Origin: Burkholderiaceae bacterium
GTDB taxonomy: Bacteria > Pseudomonadota > Gammaproteobacteria > Burkholderiales > Burkholderiaceae_C
NCBI GenBank assembly: GCA_019745615.1
Contig: JAIESZ010000110.1
Coordinates: forward strand, 1-46,017
Direction of reading: 5' to 3'
DNA length: 46,017 nt
Below are positions 18,486-25,273 of this stretch, piece by piece. The position numbers were made by a program, and so were the translations under genes. The notes beneath the pieces were generated by a model. It searched no databases. It saw only the letters and a program-made list of their open reading frames with translations, and was not told where the DNA came from. The first letter of the stretch is position 1. Each line of letters starts with the position of its first letter.

Positions 18486-19951
18486 GCTTTTAATCCACCG
18501 ACAAACACATAACCAGCAATGACCGAGGCGATGAGCAGCACAACGGTTTTAGCGTAGGTGGCTACATCACAGGCAGGCTGATAGCTCAAGGCATAAGACC
18601 GACCGAAAACGGAGAAGGGAATGGGTGGAGGGCAAAGACCAGCACCGCCCAGATCGACAGGTGTGATAGTGATGCTCTGGTCTTTTTTAGGGAGTTCACC
18701 GGGTTCCGGGGGAGTGCCATATTTAGAACAGCCGATGCGTTCAGGATCGATTTCACAAGGGTCTTTAGGGTCTTCTTTGGGAGGCGGCTCGTTTTCTATA
18801 GTTTGGGTTTTTGTGTCGTTGTTATTGATGGTGATGTTCGTGGTGTTGTTGGTGATGCTACTTTCTGTCTTGTTCGTAGTGTTGTAGATGATCTTGTCAC
18901 CCTGATAAGTGATGTTTGTAGTGCTGGTCGTAGTAGTGGTTTTGGTGCCAGGGTCAGTCGGAGAGGTGGCGGGAGCTGCTGGCGTGTTTGTACCAGGGAC
19001 AAGGGGAACGGGCTCAGTAGCGGTAGTTTTTGGGCCAGATACGCTAGAGGGGCCGCTAGTGGCCGTGGAAGCTGGGTCGGTGGGCACTTCAACGCCGGGG
19101 GATTGCAGCATCTTGCGAATAAGTGGAGCAGCAGAAGAAGGCCAGGCAGAGGAAGAGGCTATTTTGTCGGCTATTTCTTGCTCAGTTACTGTTCGATTAG
19201 TAGCGCCTTGACCTTCACAACTGCCATCTGATTGTCTAACCCAGCCGGAAGGACAAGGAACATCACGGGAAGAAATGGAAATTTGCCAACGATTAACAAT
19301 CGTAACGACAGTACCGTTATAACCGATACCAGTCCAAGTCGCTTGGCAAACATAGCCAACCACGATTCTAGCGGTAACTTCACCATCACCCGGCCAAGCA
19401 GTTTTACAAGCCTCGTCAGGGGATTTATTCCAACCGTTCCCAACAGAAAACTCTTTACCAGAAATGTTATCAATAGTTTTAGTGACAATATCAGCTTCTA
19501 ATTGACCGTTATTATTTTTAAGAGATAAAGACTCAGAGCCAAAGGTATCTTTCAAAAAATCAACGAGTTCGGCAGCGGCAATCACATTACCAACAACAGG
19601 CAAGAGCTTGCCAAATTTAATAACAGACGAAGAAAGTTGAGCGCCGCCCTTTACTTTGGCCTGCACATCAATAACAACATCTTTGTTATTGATAGGCAAA
19701 GGCAGGGATTGTTTGACAATAGGGACGTTAGAAGGGCCAGCAGTTACAACAGGGAGCCATCCAACATTAGGGGTAATGGTTCCATTTGTTGGAGTATTCG
19801 GGGCAGTAGAGGGAAACCAGTTAATTGAATGGCCACCAGTAAGGGTAGCATTTTTAAAAGTACCAGCAGCATGAGAAGCTAGCGAAACGCCAGCCAGAGC
19901 AGAAAAAAGCAGCCCACAACGGAGGAGAGCAAAACAGGGTCTAGCATTCAA
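18482..19951 (-). CDS. pIII-like adsorption protein (TspB-like C-terminus)
   Basis: Probable TTG start at 19951; signal peptide ending SHA; Thr/Pro-rich linker; C-x6-C, CP.P, YQPAC and C-terminal TM anchor. Confidence 0.8.
   Translation of the reverse strand: MNARPCFALLRCGLLFSALAGVSLASHAAGTFKNATLTGGHSINWFPSTAPNTPTNGTITPNVGWLPVVTAGPSNVPIVKQSLPLPINNKDVVIDVQAKVKGGAQLSSSVIKFGKLLPVVGNVIAAAELVDFLKDTFGSESLSLKNNNGQLEADIVTKTIDNISGKEFSVGNGWNKSPDEACKTAWPGDGEVTARIVVGYVCQATWTGIGYNGTVVTIVNRWQISISSRDVPCPSGWVRQSDGSCEGQGATNRTVTEQEIADKIASSSAWPSSAAPLIRKMLQSPGVEVPTDPASTATSGPSSVSGPKTTATEPVPLVPGTNTPAAPATSPTDPGTKTTTTTSTTNITYQGDKIIYNTTNKTESSITNNTTNITINNNDTKTQTIENEPPPKEDPKDPCEIDPERIGCSKYGTPPEPGELPKKDQSITITPVDLGGAGLCPPPIPFSVFGRSYALSYQPACDVATYAKTVVLLIASVIAGYVFVGGLKA
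19879..19947 (-). CDS. 22-aa hydrophobic microprotein (pIX-like) overprinted on the pIII signal region
   Basis: MLDPVLLSSVVGCFFLLWLAFR*; positional and motif counterpart at 28163-28234. Confidence 0.55.
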   Translation of the reverse strand: MLDPVLLSSVVGCFFLLWLAFR

Positions 19952-19952
19952 T

Positions 19953-20240
19953 TCAAGCCTCACTAGGTTTTTGAAAAATATAGATAATGCGCTTAACTGC
20001 CCAAATGGCCGATGCAGCAACCAAAATAGCACTAAAAACAGCACCAACAGCGGCGTAATGTTCAGGACTGGACTGAAAAACAGATAGAGACTTGATTTCT
20101 CCAGCAGTCATCAAAACAAGCTCAGTATCTGCACAAGCAGTGCCCCCGGAAGAAGACACGACGAGAACAGAGGAAACAACAGGGTTAGAGCCGTAAATGG
20201 CAACTGGTGAACCCACAGGCAACACTTGAGCGCAGATCAT
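19953..20240 (-). CDS. Minor virion membrane protein (pVII/pIX-like)
   Basis: 95 aa, two Cys, C-terminal TM then basic residues; upstream of pIII. Confidence 0.65.
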   Translation of the reverse strand: MICAQVLPVGSPVAIYGSNPVVSSVLVVSSSGGTACADTELVLMTAGEIKSLSVFQSSPEHYAAVGAVFSAILVAASAIWAVKRIIYIFQKPSEA

Positions 20241-20244
20241 AGGT

Positions 20245-20275
20245 AAAAAACCCGCCAGAATTAACTAGCGGGTTT
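20245..20275 (-). terminator. Central terminator after the coat genes
   Basis: AAACCCGCTAG-TTAATT-CTGGCGGGTTTTTT on the minus strand. Confidence 0.75.
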
Positions 20276-20278
20276 AGG

Positions 20279-20575
20279 TCAAAATTTAAAGTTCCGCCCT
20301 AAAGTAGTGTCGCCATTATCAAACCAGTCATCGTCATCAAAACCGGAAGGCTTTGAGAATTCTTTATATTCAGCATCCATAATGCTAGAAGCTGAATTCC
20401 TAGAAGATGATTTCTTAGAGGATGGTTTAAAAAGGCCAATTACTTTACGTAAGCTCCAAACCAATGCCCCCATGACAAGCATGGCGGACAAAAGGGCAAG
20501 AAGAGCCATTTTGGCGGCTTCGATCAAGGCGGGAACAACAGCCGCAACGACCGCTGTTACGATACCCCCGCCCAT
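20279..20575 (-). CDS. Major-coat paralog with basic/acidic C-terminal tail
   Basis: LVWSLRKVIGLF versus GVWGLRKVIGMF in the adjacent coat protein. Confidence 0.65.
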   Translation of the reverse strand: MGGGIVTAVVAAVVPALIEAAKMALLALLSAMLVMGALVWSLRKVIGLFKPSSKKSSSRNSASSIMDAEYKEFSKPSGFDDDDWFDNGDTTLGRNFKF

Positions 20576-20580
20576 GACAA

Positions 20581-20853
20581 TTAGCGGCCAAACATACCGA
20601 TGACCTTGCGCAAGCCCCAGACGCCTACGGTAAGGGTAAGGATAGCCGCCAGAACGGCCAACATAGCGGTTTGAGCATCAGAAACCGCCGTGGTGGCAGC
20701 AGTGACGTCCAGAGCGGCATGGGCCGAACTGGCCGACAGAGCCGCAACAATGGCAGCCGAAGAAATGCCAACGCTGGCGGCTTTGGCTTTGATCTCGTCG
20801 CAAACAGATTGCAGGTTGATGGCTTCGAGACGGGCTTTCACAAACTTGGTCAT
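20581..20853 (-). CDS. Major coat protein (pVIII-like), prophage 1
   Basis: Leader ending SAHA, 44-aa mature amphipathic/TM helix, basic C-terminus; GGAG RBS. Confidence 0.85.
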   Translation of the reverse strand: MTKFVKARLEAINLQSVCDEIKAKAASVGISSAAIVAALSASSAHAALDVTAATTAVSDAQTAMLAVLAAILTLTVGVWGLRKVIGMFGR

Positions 20854-20891
20854 TTTGACACTCCAAAAGAGGTTAAAAAATGGTGCAAGGA

Positions 20892-20948
20892 AATTGCACC
20901 CGGAAGCCCTCGACGTTTCCCAACGCTGGAAGGCTACCGGTTGCAATC
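20892..20948 (-). ncRNA. Conserved 57-nt hairpin upstream of the coat gene, copy 1 (candidate cis-regulatory RNA or ssDNA signal)
   Basis: 47/57 identical to 28847-28903; compensatory and G-U-compatible changes; GNRA loop. Confidence 0.6.
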
Positions 20949-21014
20949 TCTTTGGGAATCACCCCACGCACGCGGGCCGAGCCCGCTTGCTGCGTGGGGT
21001 TCATCCCAAAGAGA
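20947..21014. repeat. Long imperfect inverted repeat (11+10+6 bp stems)
   Basis: TCTCTTTGGGA/TCCCAAAGAGA, ACCCCACGCA/TGCGTGGGGT, GCGGGC/GCCCGC. Confidence 0.75.
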
Positions 21015-21019
21015 AACCA

Positions 21020-21100
21020 CTAAACCGACAGATAAGCCAGCGCTGAAAGAACACCGAAACCAGCGAAGGTGCCAAGAAAAAGAAGGGAGATGTTTTTCAT
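21020..21100 (-). CDS. 26-aa hydrophobic microprotein (gene VII position)
   Basis: MKNISLLFLGTFAGFGVLSALAYLSV*; ATGA-coupled to the SSB stop. Confidence 0.45.
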   Translation of the reverse strand: MKNISLLFLGTFAGFGVLSALAYLSV

Positions 21101-21417
21101 TGCTCAACAGCATCGAAAGTATTTTGAATGGGAACTACGGTTGTAGATTCGCCGGTTTTTTTATCGACGACTTCATAAGCCTTACGCTTATATCCGCCGA
21201 TCTTGCAAAGAACCTGAACATCATCACCACGCTGGCCCAAAACAGCATTGCTACGAATCTCAACAATACCGGGGCGGCTGTAAGGGTCAGGGGCAGGAAT
21301 GGCAACCAGGGAAAGCCGAACATCTTCAAAACGGCGGAAAGACTCAAGACGACCAGCAATCAAGCACTGATTGGGGCCAATTTTCTGAGGGGTGATTTGT
21401 GGGGTAGGTACAGACAT
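21097..21417 (-). CDS. ssDNA-binding protein (pV-like), prophage 1
   Basis: 106 aa directly after Rep; PAPDPYSRP..VEIRS..LG..G motif recalled from betaproteobacterial inoviruses. Confidence 0.7.
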   Translation of the reverse strand: MSVPTPQITPQKIGPNQCLIAGRLESFRRFEDVRLSLVAIPAPDPYSRPGIVEIRSNAVLGQRGDDVQVLCKIGGYKRKAYEVVDKKTGESTTVVPIQNTFDAVEQ

Positions 21418-21425
21418 AATTTCCT

Positions 21426-22667
21426 TTAAGCAGCAAGAGAAATGAACGAAGGAGAAGGTATACGGTAAAAGTCAGGAGGGGCCACAGGGCCAAGGGTGAT
21501 AATTTTCATAGGTTGAGCCAAGCCGGTAATGTTTGATTTGATCGAAATATCCACGCCGTAGGGCAGCAAAGCAGCACGGTGACGAAAAAAAGTTGGCCGA
21601 GACAAATGCTTAGAAATATCATCACCAGCTTGCCACATGCGATATGTAGCAAGGTACTGTTTAGGTAACTCCGAAAGCTGGTCAGCCTCGCAAGTGGTAC
21701 GGGTAAAAACCTCTTGCCGTTTTTGAAAATCAGCGTGGATAACATTCATGTTAAAGCCCCCAAGATAGTTAAGGCCAGAATCTATTAAAAATGTGGATTT
21801 ATATGTCGTTTCAAACCGGACTAGGCCAATGTCCGAGCACCATTGTGCTAAATCAATAATATAAGGGTCGTGAATCTTGGAAAATTGCGTGATTTCTGTT
21901 TTGAATTTCTTAGGGTTGCCGATGTGTTTAAAAAGCTCCGGGCCTTTCAGGTAGGCTTTGGAGTAAACGCGCCGAGAGCCGCGCCCAAAGTCCACGGTTT
22001 CACCCTCACCGTGGGTGCCCGTCTTGAGGCGGGAGGCTTGTTGACTGGCGAGATGGCGCATGAACGCATAGGCGTTTTCACGCGAACCAGCGGCAAAATT
22101 TTGGGTGATGTCGATGCGGGTGATACGGGCACCCGTCCACGAGGGTTTCCAATCGCCATCAGTGCCTATACGGTGATCTGCCGAGCGCTGGCCACAAGTG
22201 AAAGCAGGCAGGCCCAAGGTGTGCAAAAACGCATTGATACGCTGGATGCACTGCGCCAAGGTGAACCCAAAAACGTTATCTGGGCGAGCGAACTTTGAAA
22301 CGTTGCCCTCAAACCAGACGGTTTCACCATCACAGCGGACAAAAAGAGCAGTTCCATGGCTGCCCTCGATGCGGAGCTTCTTGAGCGTAGTGGACTCATG
22401 GACACCATGCGCGTCATAGCGCACAAAAGCCCCATCGTTGACCAGCGGCAGACCGGGGCCATGATGCTGATACAGGCTCAACCAGTCGCAAAAGGTGCCC
22501 TCTTGATGCCACTGTTCAGGCCGGGGGGGAATCATCAAAAATGATAGCGTTTCTGTTTCACTATGTGATAAAAAATGGCGATTTGTCTCACCGGTGAGAC
22601 TAAAGTGACGTGTTACATGCACGTCACTTTTTTGGAGCGCCGGAAAAGTTGCCGAAACCGCAGCCAT
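21426..22667 (-). CDS. Replication initiator, phage/plasmid II/X family
   Basis: DWLS, EGSHGT, GNVSKF.RPDNVFG, RIDIT, TVDFG..SRR..KAYLKG, VRFE; start at 22667 (TGATG-coupled) or 22535. Confidence 0.85.
   Translation of the reverse strand: MAAVSATFPALQKSDVHVTRHFSLTGETNRHFLSHSETETLSFLMIPPRPEQWHQEGTFCDWLSLYQHHGPGLPLVNDGAFVRYDAHGVHESTTLKKLRIEGSHGTALFVRCDGETVWFEGNVSKFARPDNVFGFTLAQCIQRINAFLHTLGLPAFTCGQRSADHRIGTDGDWKPSWTGARITRIDITQNFAAGSRENAYAFMRHLASQQASRLKTGTHGEGETVDFGRGSRRVYSKAYLKGPELFKHIGNPKKFKTEITQFSKIHDPYIIDLAQWCSDIGLVRFETTYKSTFLIDSGLNYLGGFNMNVIHADFQKRQEVFTRTTCEADQLSELPKQYLATYRMWQAGDDISKHLSRPTFFRHRAALLPYGVDISIKSNITGLAQPMKIITLGPVAPPDFYRIPSPSFISLAA
22585..22630. other. Probable double-strand (rolling-circle) origin of prophage 1
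   Basis: Perfect 16-bp palindrome GTCTCACCGGTGAGAC next to an 11-bp hairpin AAAGTGACGTG-TTACATG-CACGTCACTTT at the 5' end of rep. Confidence 0.6.
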
Positions 22668-22873
22668 CAAACAGCCCCCCGGCATTCAGCCAGCCCGGCA
22701 GGCGTGACGCTACGCTTGACGCCTGCCGGGCTGTCCGAATGCTTAGAAGGCCGACCGGGGCCGCGTGGCGGCACCAGATCAACGCCGGGTAGAGCTTGCT
22801 GCAAGCGGAAGGCATCCAAGGCACTAAAACGGCGCACAGGGCGTCCGAGGTGGCGAGCGAAGGGGGAGGTCAT
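22667..22873 (-). CDS. Small hypothetical phage protein
   Basis: 68 aa; translationally coupled on both sides; PRGPGRPSK motif. Confidence 0.45.
   Translation of the reverse strand: MTSPFARHLGRPVRRFSALDAFRLQQALPGVDLVPPRGPGRPSKHSDSPAGVKRSVTPAGLAECRGAV
22691..22733 (-). other. Possible single-strand origin hairpin
   Basis: 15-bp perfect stem CAGCCCGGCAGGCGT; loop carries TAGCGT on the coding strand (ssoA CS-6-like). Confidence 0.45.
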
Positions 22874-23298
22874 TGTTCAGCCCCCCGAACTGGAGGCAGC
22901 ACAGAGGCCACAGAAGGGCCAGAGAGGATGACGTGGTAGCCGTGGGCACGCAGGGCAGCTAGATAGCCCTGAAATGCCTTTGCTGACCAAAAAGGGGCGA
23001 CGTTCCCAAGGTGCAACATACCAGGAGGGCAATGCACCGTAAAAAGGGGCTGGCCATGTTTGCGGATGACAGCGGCATGGGTAAGGAGCTGGGGAGCGAG
23101 AACACCGCGCGTAGCGCTGGCGCAAAACGCAGCCCAGCACTGGCGCGGAGTAGCAGAGTCGGGCAGACCGAACATCTCGACAGCGCGGTCAAGCCAAAAA
23201 CGGGCAGTGTCCTCAGTCTGGCTGTCGAACCAGTTGACGATGGGGTCGTCAGAGAAAAGAAAATCCCCCTGTGCCAACGCAGGCGACTCGACGGCCAT
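22870..23298 (-). CDS. Hypothetical phage protein (distal part of an interrupted or duplicated early gene)
   Basis: Open frame 22870-23409; internal ATG at 23298; shares AQGDFLFS with the ORF starting at 23860. Confidence 0.5.
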   Translation of the reverse strand: MAVESPALAQGDFLFSDDPIVNWFDSQTEDTARFWLDRAVEMFGLPDSATPRQCWAAFCASATRGVLAPQLLTHAAVIRKHGQPLFTVHCPPGMLHLGNVAPFWSAKAFQGYLAALRAHGYHVILSGPSVASVLPPVRGAEQ

Positions 23299-23774
23299 CG
23301 AGACGACGGCATCTTTTAGCGAAAGAGGATCAGTAATGAACAAAGTCATAAAAGTCGAGCTCCTATGTCTGCTGTTCTTGGCAGGCACCACAGCACTGAG
23401 CCAGCCCATCTACCGCTGCGAGTACCAAGGAAAAATTGGGTATTCGGATGAGCCTTGCATGAACGCCAAAGTTGTAGATGTACTGCCCACCGAAGGGGCG
23501 CACAGCCTTAGCGGAAAGAAAACCTCGAATGCACGCTCTCGACAGGAAGAAACCCGAAAAATGATCGATAACATCCTGATGCCCGTCACAGGGTTGACAC
23601 ACGAGCAAATGAAGGTCGAACGACGAAGAATGAAGCTGCCTGCGCAAGACAAATTCGAGTGCACTTGGCTGGACACAAAAATCAATGCCAAGAACGTGGA
23701 TGAGGCCACCCTGTACCAAGCGCGAAAACGGTACTTTGATCTCAGATGCTGAAAAAAGAAAATCCCCCTGCGCC
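23255..23774. repeat. 21-bp direct repeats (23255-23275, 23754-23774) flanking the DUF4124-like gene
   Basis: AAAAGAAAATCCCCCTG[T/C]GCC, 20/21 identical. Confidence 0.85.
23336..23752 (+). CDS. Secreted DUF4124-like protein, antisense cargo
   Basis: Signal peptide, IYRC....IGYSDEPC, C-terminal LRC; GAGG RBS. Confidence 0.75.
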   Translation: MNKVIKVELLCLLFLAGTTALSQPIYRCEYQGKIGYSDEPCMNAKVVDVLPTEGAHSLSGKKTSNARSRQEETRKMIDNILMPVTGLTHEQMKVERRRMKLPAQDKFECTWLDTKINAKNVDEATLYQARKRYFDLRC

Positions 23775-23899
23775 GGTAGGCCCGGAGCGTCCAAACTGAG
23801 GGCGCTACTGGTTACAGCAGGGGGAGTTTCAGGGAACAGTGTAGTGGTATTCGGGTGCATGGACGCTCCTAGGTGTAGAGTTCTGATTCAAGATCAGAG

Positions 23900-23944
23900 C
23901 GTCATCAAATTGATGACGCATCCAACGTTATCAGAAAGCTGACG
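23900..23944. promoter_or_regulatory. Two 19-bp operators in the divergent control region of prophage 1
   Basis: Palindrome CGTCATCAA-A-TTGATGACG (23900-18) and degenerate CGTTATCAGAAAGCTGACG (23926-44) abutting the repressor ATG. Confidence 0.65.
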
Positions 23945-23946
23945 TC

Positions 23947-24270
23947 ATGAGCAACCAAATAACCGAGTTAATCAGTAAGGCATCTGCGATTACTGGCAGC
24001 GATTACGCACTGGCCGCACAGCTAGGCGTACCGAGACAAATGGTGTCGATGTGGAAGAAAGAAGCACGGCCATGCCCACCCGAAGAGCAAGCAAGAATTG
24101 CCGACATTGCAGGTTTTGACCCAGTAGAAGCACTGGTAAATGCAGTGCTGGAGCGCCATGCAGGAACGCCGAAGGGAGAGGCGTTGTGCCGCGTACTCAA
24201 ACGGCAGCGGGGGCAAAACAAAAAGCCCCCTGAATTGCTTCAGGGGGCCAGTGTTGGCGGAAACGGATGA
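23947..24270 (+). CDS. Prophage 1 repressor (HTH, phiRSM ORF15-like); 3' end crosses the att junction
   Basis: SDYALAAQLGVPRQMVSMWKK HTH, PCPPEEQARIA; divergent from phage genes. Confidence 0.85.
   Translation: MSNQITELISKASAITGSDYALAAQLGVPRQMVSMWKKEARPCPPEEQARIADIAGFDPVEALVNAVLERHAGTPKGEALCRVLKRQRGQNKKPPELLQGASVGGNG
24215..24248 (-). terminator. Phage-supplied terminator downstream of the tRNA-like att arm
   Basis: GCCCCCTGAA-GCAA-TTCAGGGGGC-TTTTTGTTTT on the minus strand. Confidence 0.75.
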
Positions 24271-24280
24271 TTTCGACCCA
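24254..24280. other. Middle att junction (phage 1 arm / phage 2 arm)
   Basis: TTGGCGGAAACGGA identical to 30791-30804; reverse complement resembles a tRNA-Ser 3' end (CCGTTTCCGCCA). Confidence 0.8.
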
Positions 24281-24284
24281 GCAG

Positions 24285-24311
24285 GCCGGGCTAATTGCCC
24301 GGCTTTTTTTT
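24285..24311 (+). terminator. Intrinsic terminator on the phage 2 att arm
   Basis: GCCGGGC-TAATT-GCCCGGC-TTTTTTTT. Confidence 0.8.
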
Positions 24312-24888
24312 AACCCAACGAAGTTGAGTTTGGCCGGGTGACACGGTACACCGCACGCTTGATGGCAGAGGATGACACGCCAAAGCGCACAGACAGGCCA
24401 TGCAGGGTATGCACGCCCGACAAGTAGAGCCGAACAGCTTCGGCCTCCTGTTCAGCAGTGAGGCTGCGAGGACGCCCCGGCAGATGGCCCCGATCTCTGG
24501 CCGCTTTTTGGCCTGCAATAGAGCGCTCCCGGATGATGTTGCGTTCAAATTCGGCAAAGGCCCCGAACATTTGCAGCATCATGCGGCCCGCAGGGCTAGA
24601 GGTGTCTACCGATTCGGTCAGGCTTCGGAAGTTAGCCCCCACGGCCTCAATTTTGGCAATGATGCTGAGTAAATCCAGCAGGCTACGGGCGAACCTGTCC
24701 AGCTTATAGACGAGGATGCAATCACCCCGGCGGAGCTTTGCAAGCAGGGCCGAGAGTTCACGCCGAGAGCGGACGCCGGAGGCTTTTTCCTCAATGATGA
24801 TGGTGGCACCGGCACGGGTCAGGGCATCAATTTGGAGATGGTTTTCTTGGTGCGTTGTAGAAACGCGGGCGTAACCGTAGACGGTCAT
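24310..24888 (-). CDS. Small serine recombinase, prophage 2 integrase
   Basis: GYARVST, YKLDRFARS; about 73% identical (manual, gapless 192 aa) to 16040-16618. Confidence 0.93.
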   Translation of the reverse strand: MTVYGYARVSTTHQENHLQIDALTRAGATIIIEEKASGVRSRRELSALLAKLRRGDCILVYKLDRFARSLLDLLSIIAKIEAVGANFRSLTESVDTSSPAGRMMLQMFGAFAEFERNIIRERSIAGQKAARDRGHLPGRPRSLTAEQEAEAVRLYLSGVHTLHGLSVRFGVSSSAIKRAVYRVTRPNSTSLG

Positions 24889-25143
24889 TTGCTGCACTCA
24901 TAGACGAGGGCAGCGGGCACCAACGGCGGATGCCCCAAAGGAGGCAGGGCCACCCCGCCCGCCCCTGCGCTGCGCTTGCATGGCCGGGCATGGTTTCCCT
25001 GCTTTATCAAGCGGGGCAAAAATACCGTTTAACAAGGCGCGAGGGTGCCCCCGTAGAGGTGCAAAGGTAGGAGGACGCGAAAAGGCGGCAGGGACTGGCA
25101 GCAAACAGGATGCAGCAGGGAAGATCGACTGACAACGCGGCAA

Positions 25144-25238
25144 CATGGTGCAGACGCGGCTTCGACAGTGTGAGCACATCGACGGGCCAGCACGCGACAA
25201 CGCCAGAACATCAGGGGCGGTGCCCCCGATACCCCCAA
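25144..25238. repeat. Conserved 95-bp non-coding element, copy 2
   Basis: 91/95 identity to 16860-16954, same position between zot and recombinase. Confidence 0.85.
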
Positions 25239-25273
25239 AGAGGTAGAGTTCTGCCAAGCAAAAAAAGGGGGTG

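Larger units (their letters stand above)
15239..24267 (-). mobile_element. Filamentous prophage 1 (inovirus, phiRSM-like, about 9.0 kb) carrying a TA module
   Basis: Rep(II/X)-SSB-coat-pIII-pVI-Zot-serine recombinase order, divergent repressor; bounded by GGA-core junctions at 15239-41 and 24265-67. Confidence 0.9.

Noticed and set aside
22523-22529. G7 homopolymer in prophage 1 rep as a phase-variation tract
   Set aside because: Short, in frame, and unremarkable at this GC content.
23363-23860. 165-aa ORF as a complete gene
   Set aside because: Only the first ~37 aa look genuine; the rest is antisense to the DUF4124-like gene.
16040-24888. Recombinases as DNA invertases driving a pIII shufflon
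   Set aside because: No inverted recombination sites or alternative pIII cassettes seen; position next to att fits an integrase role.
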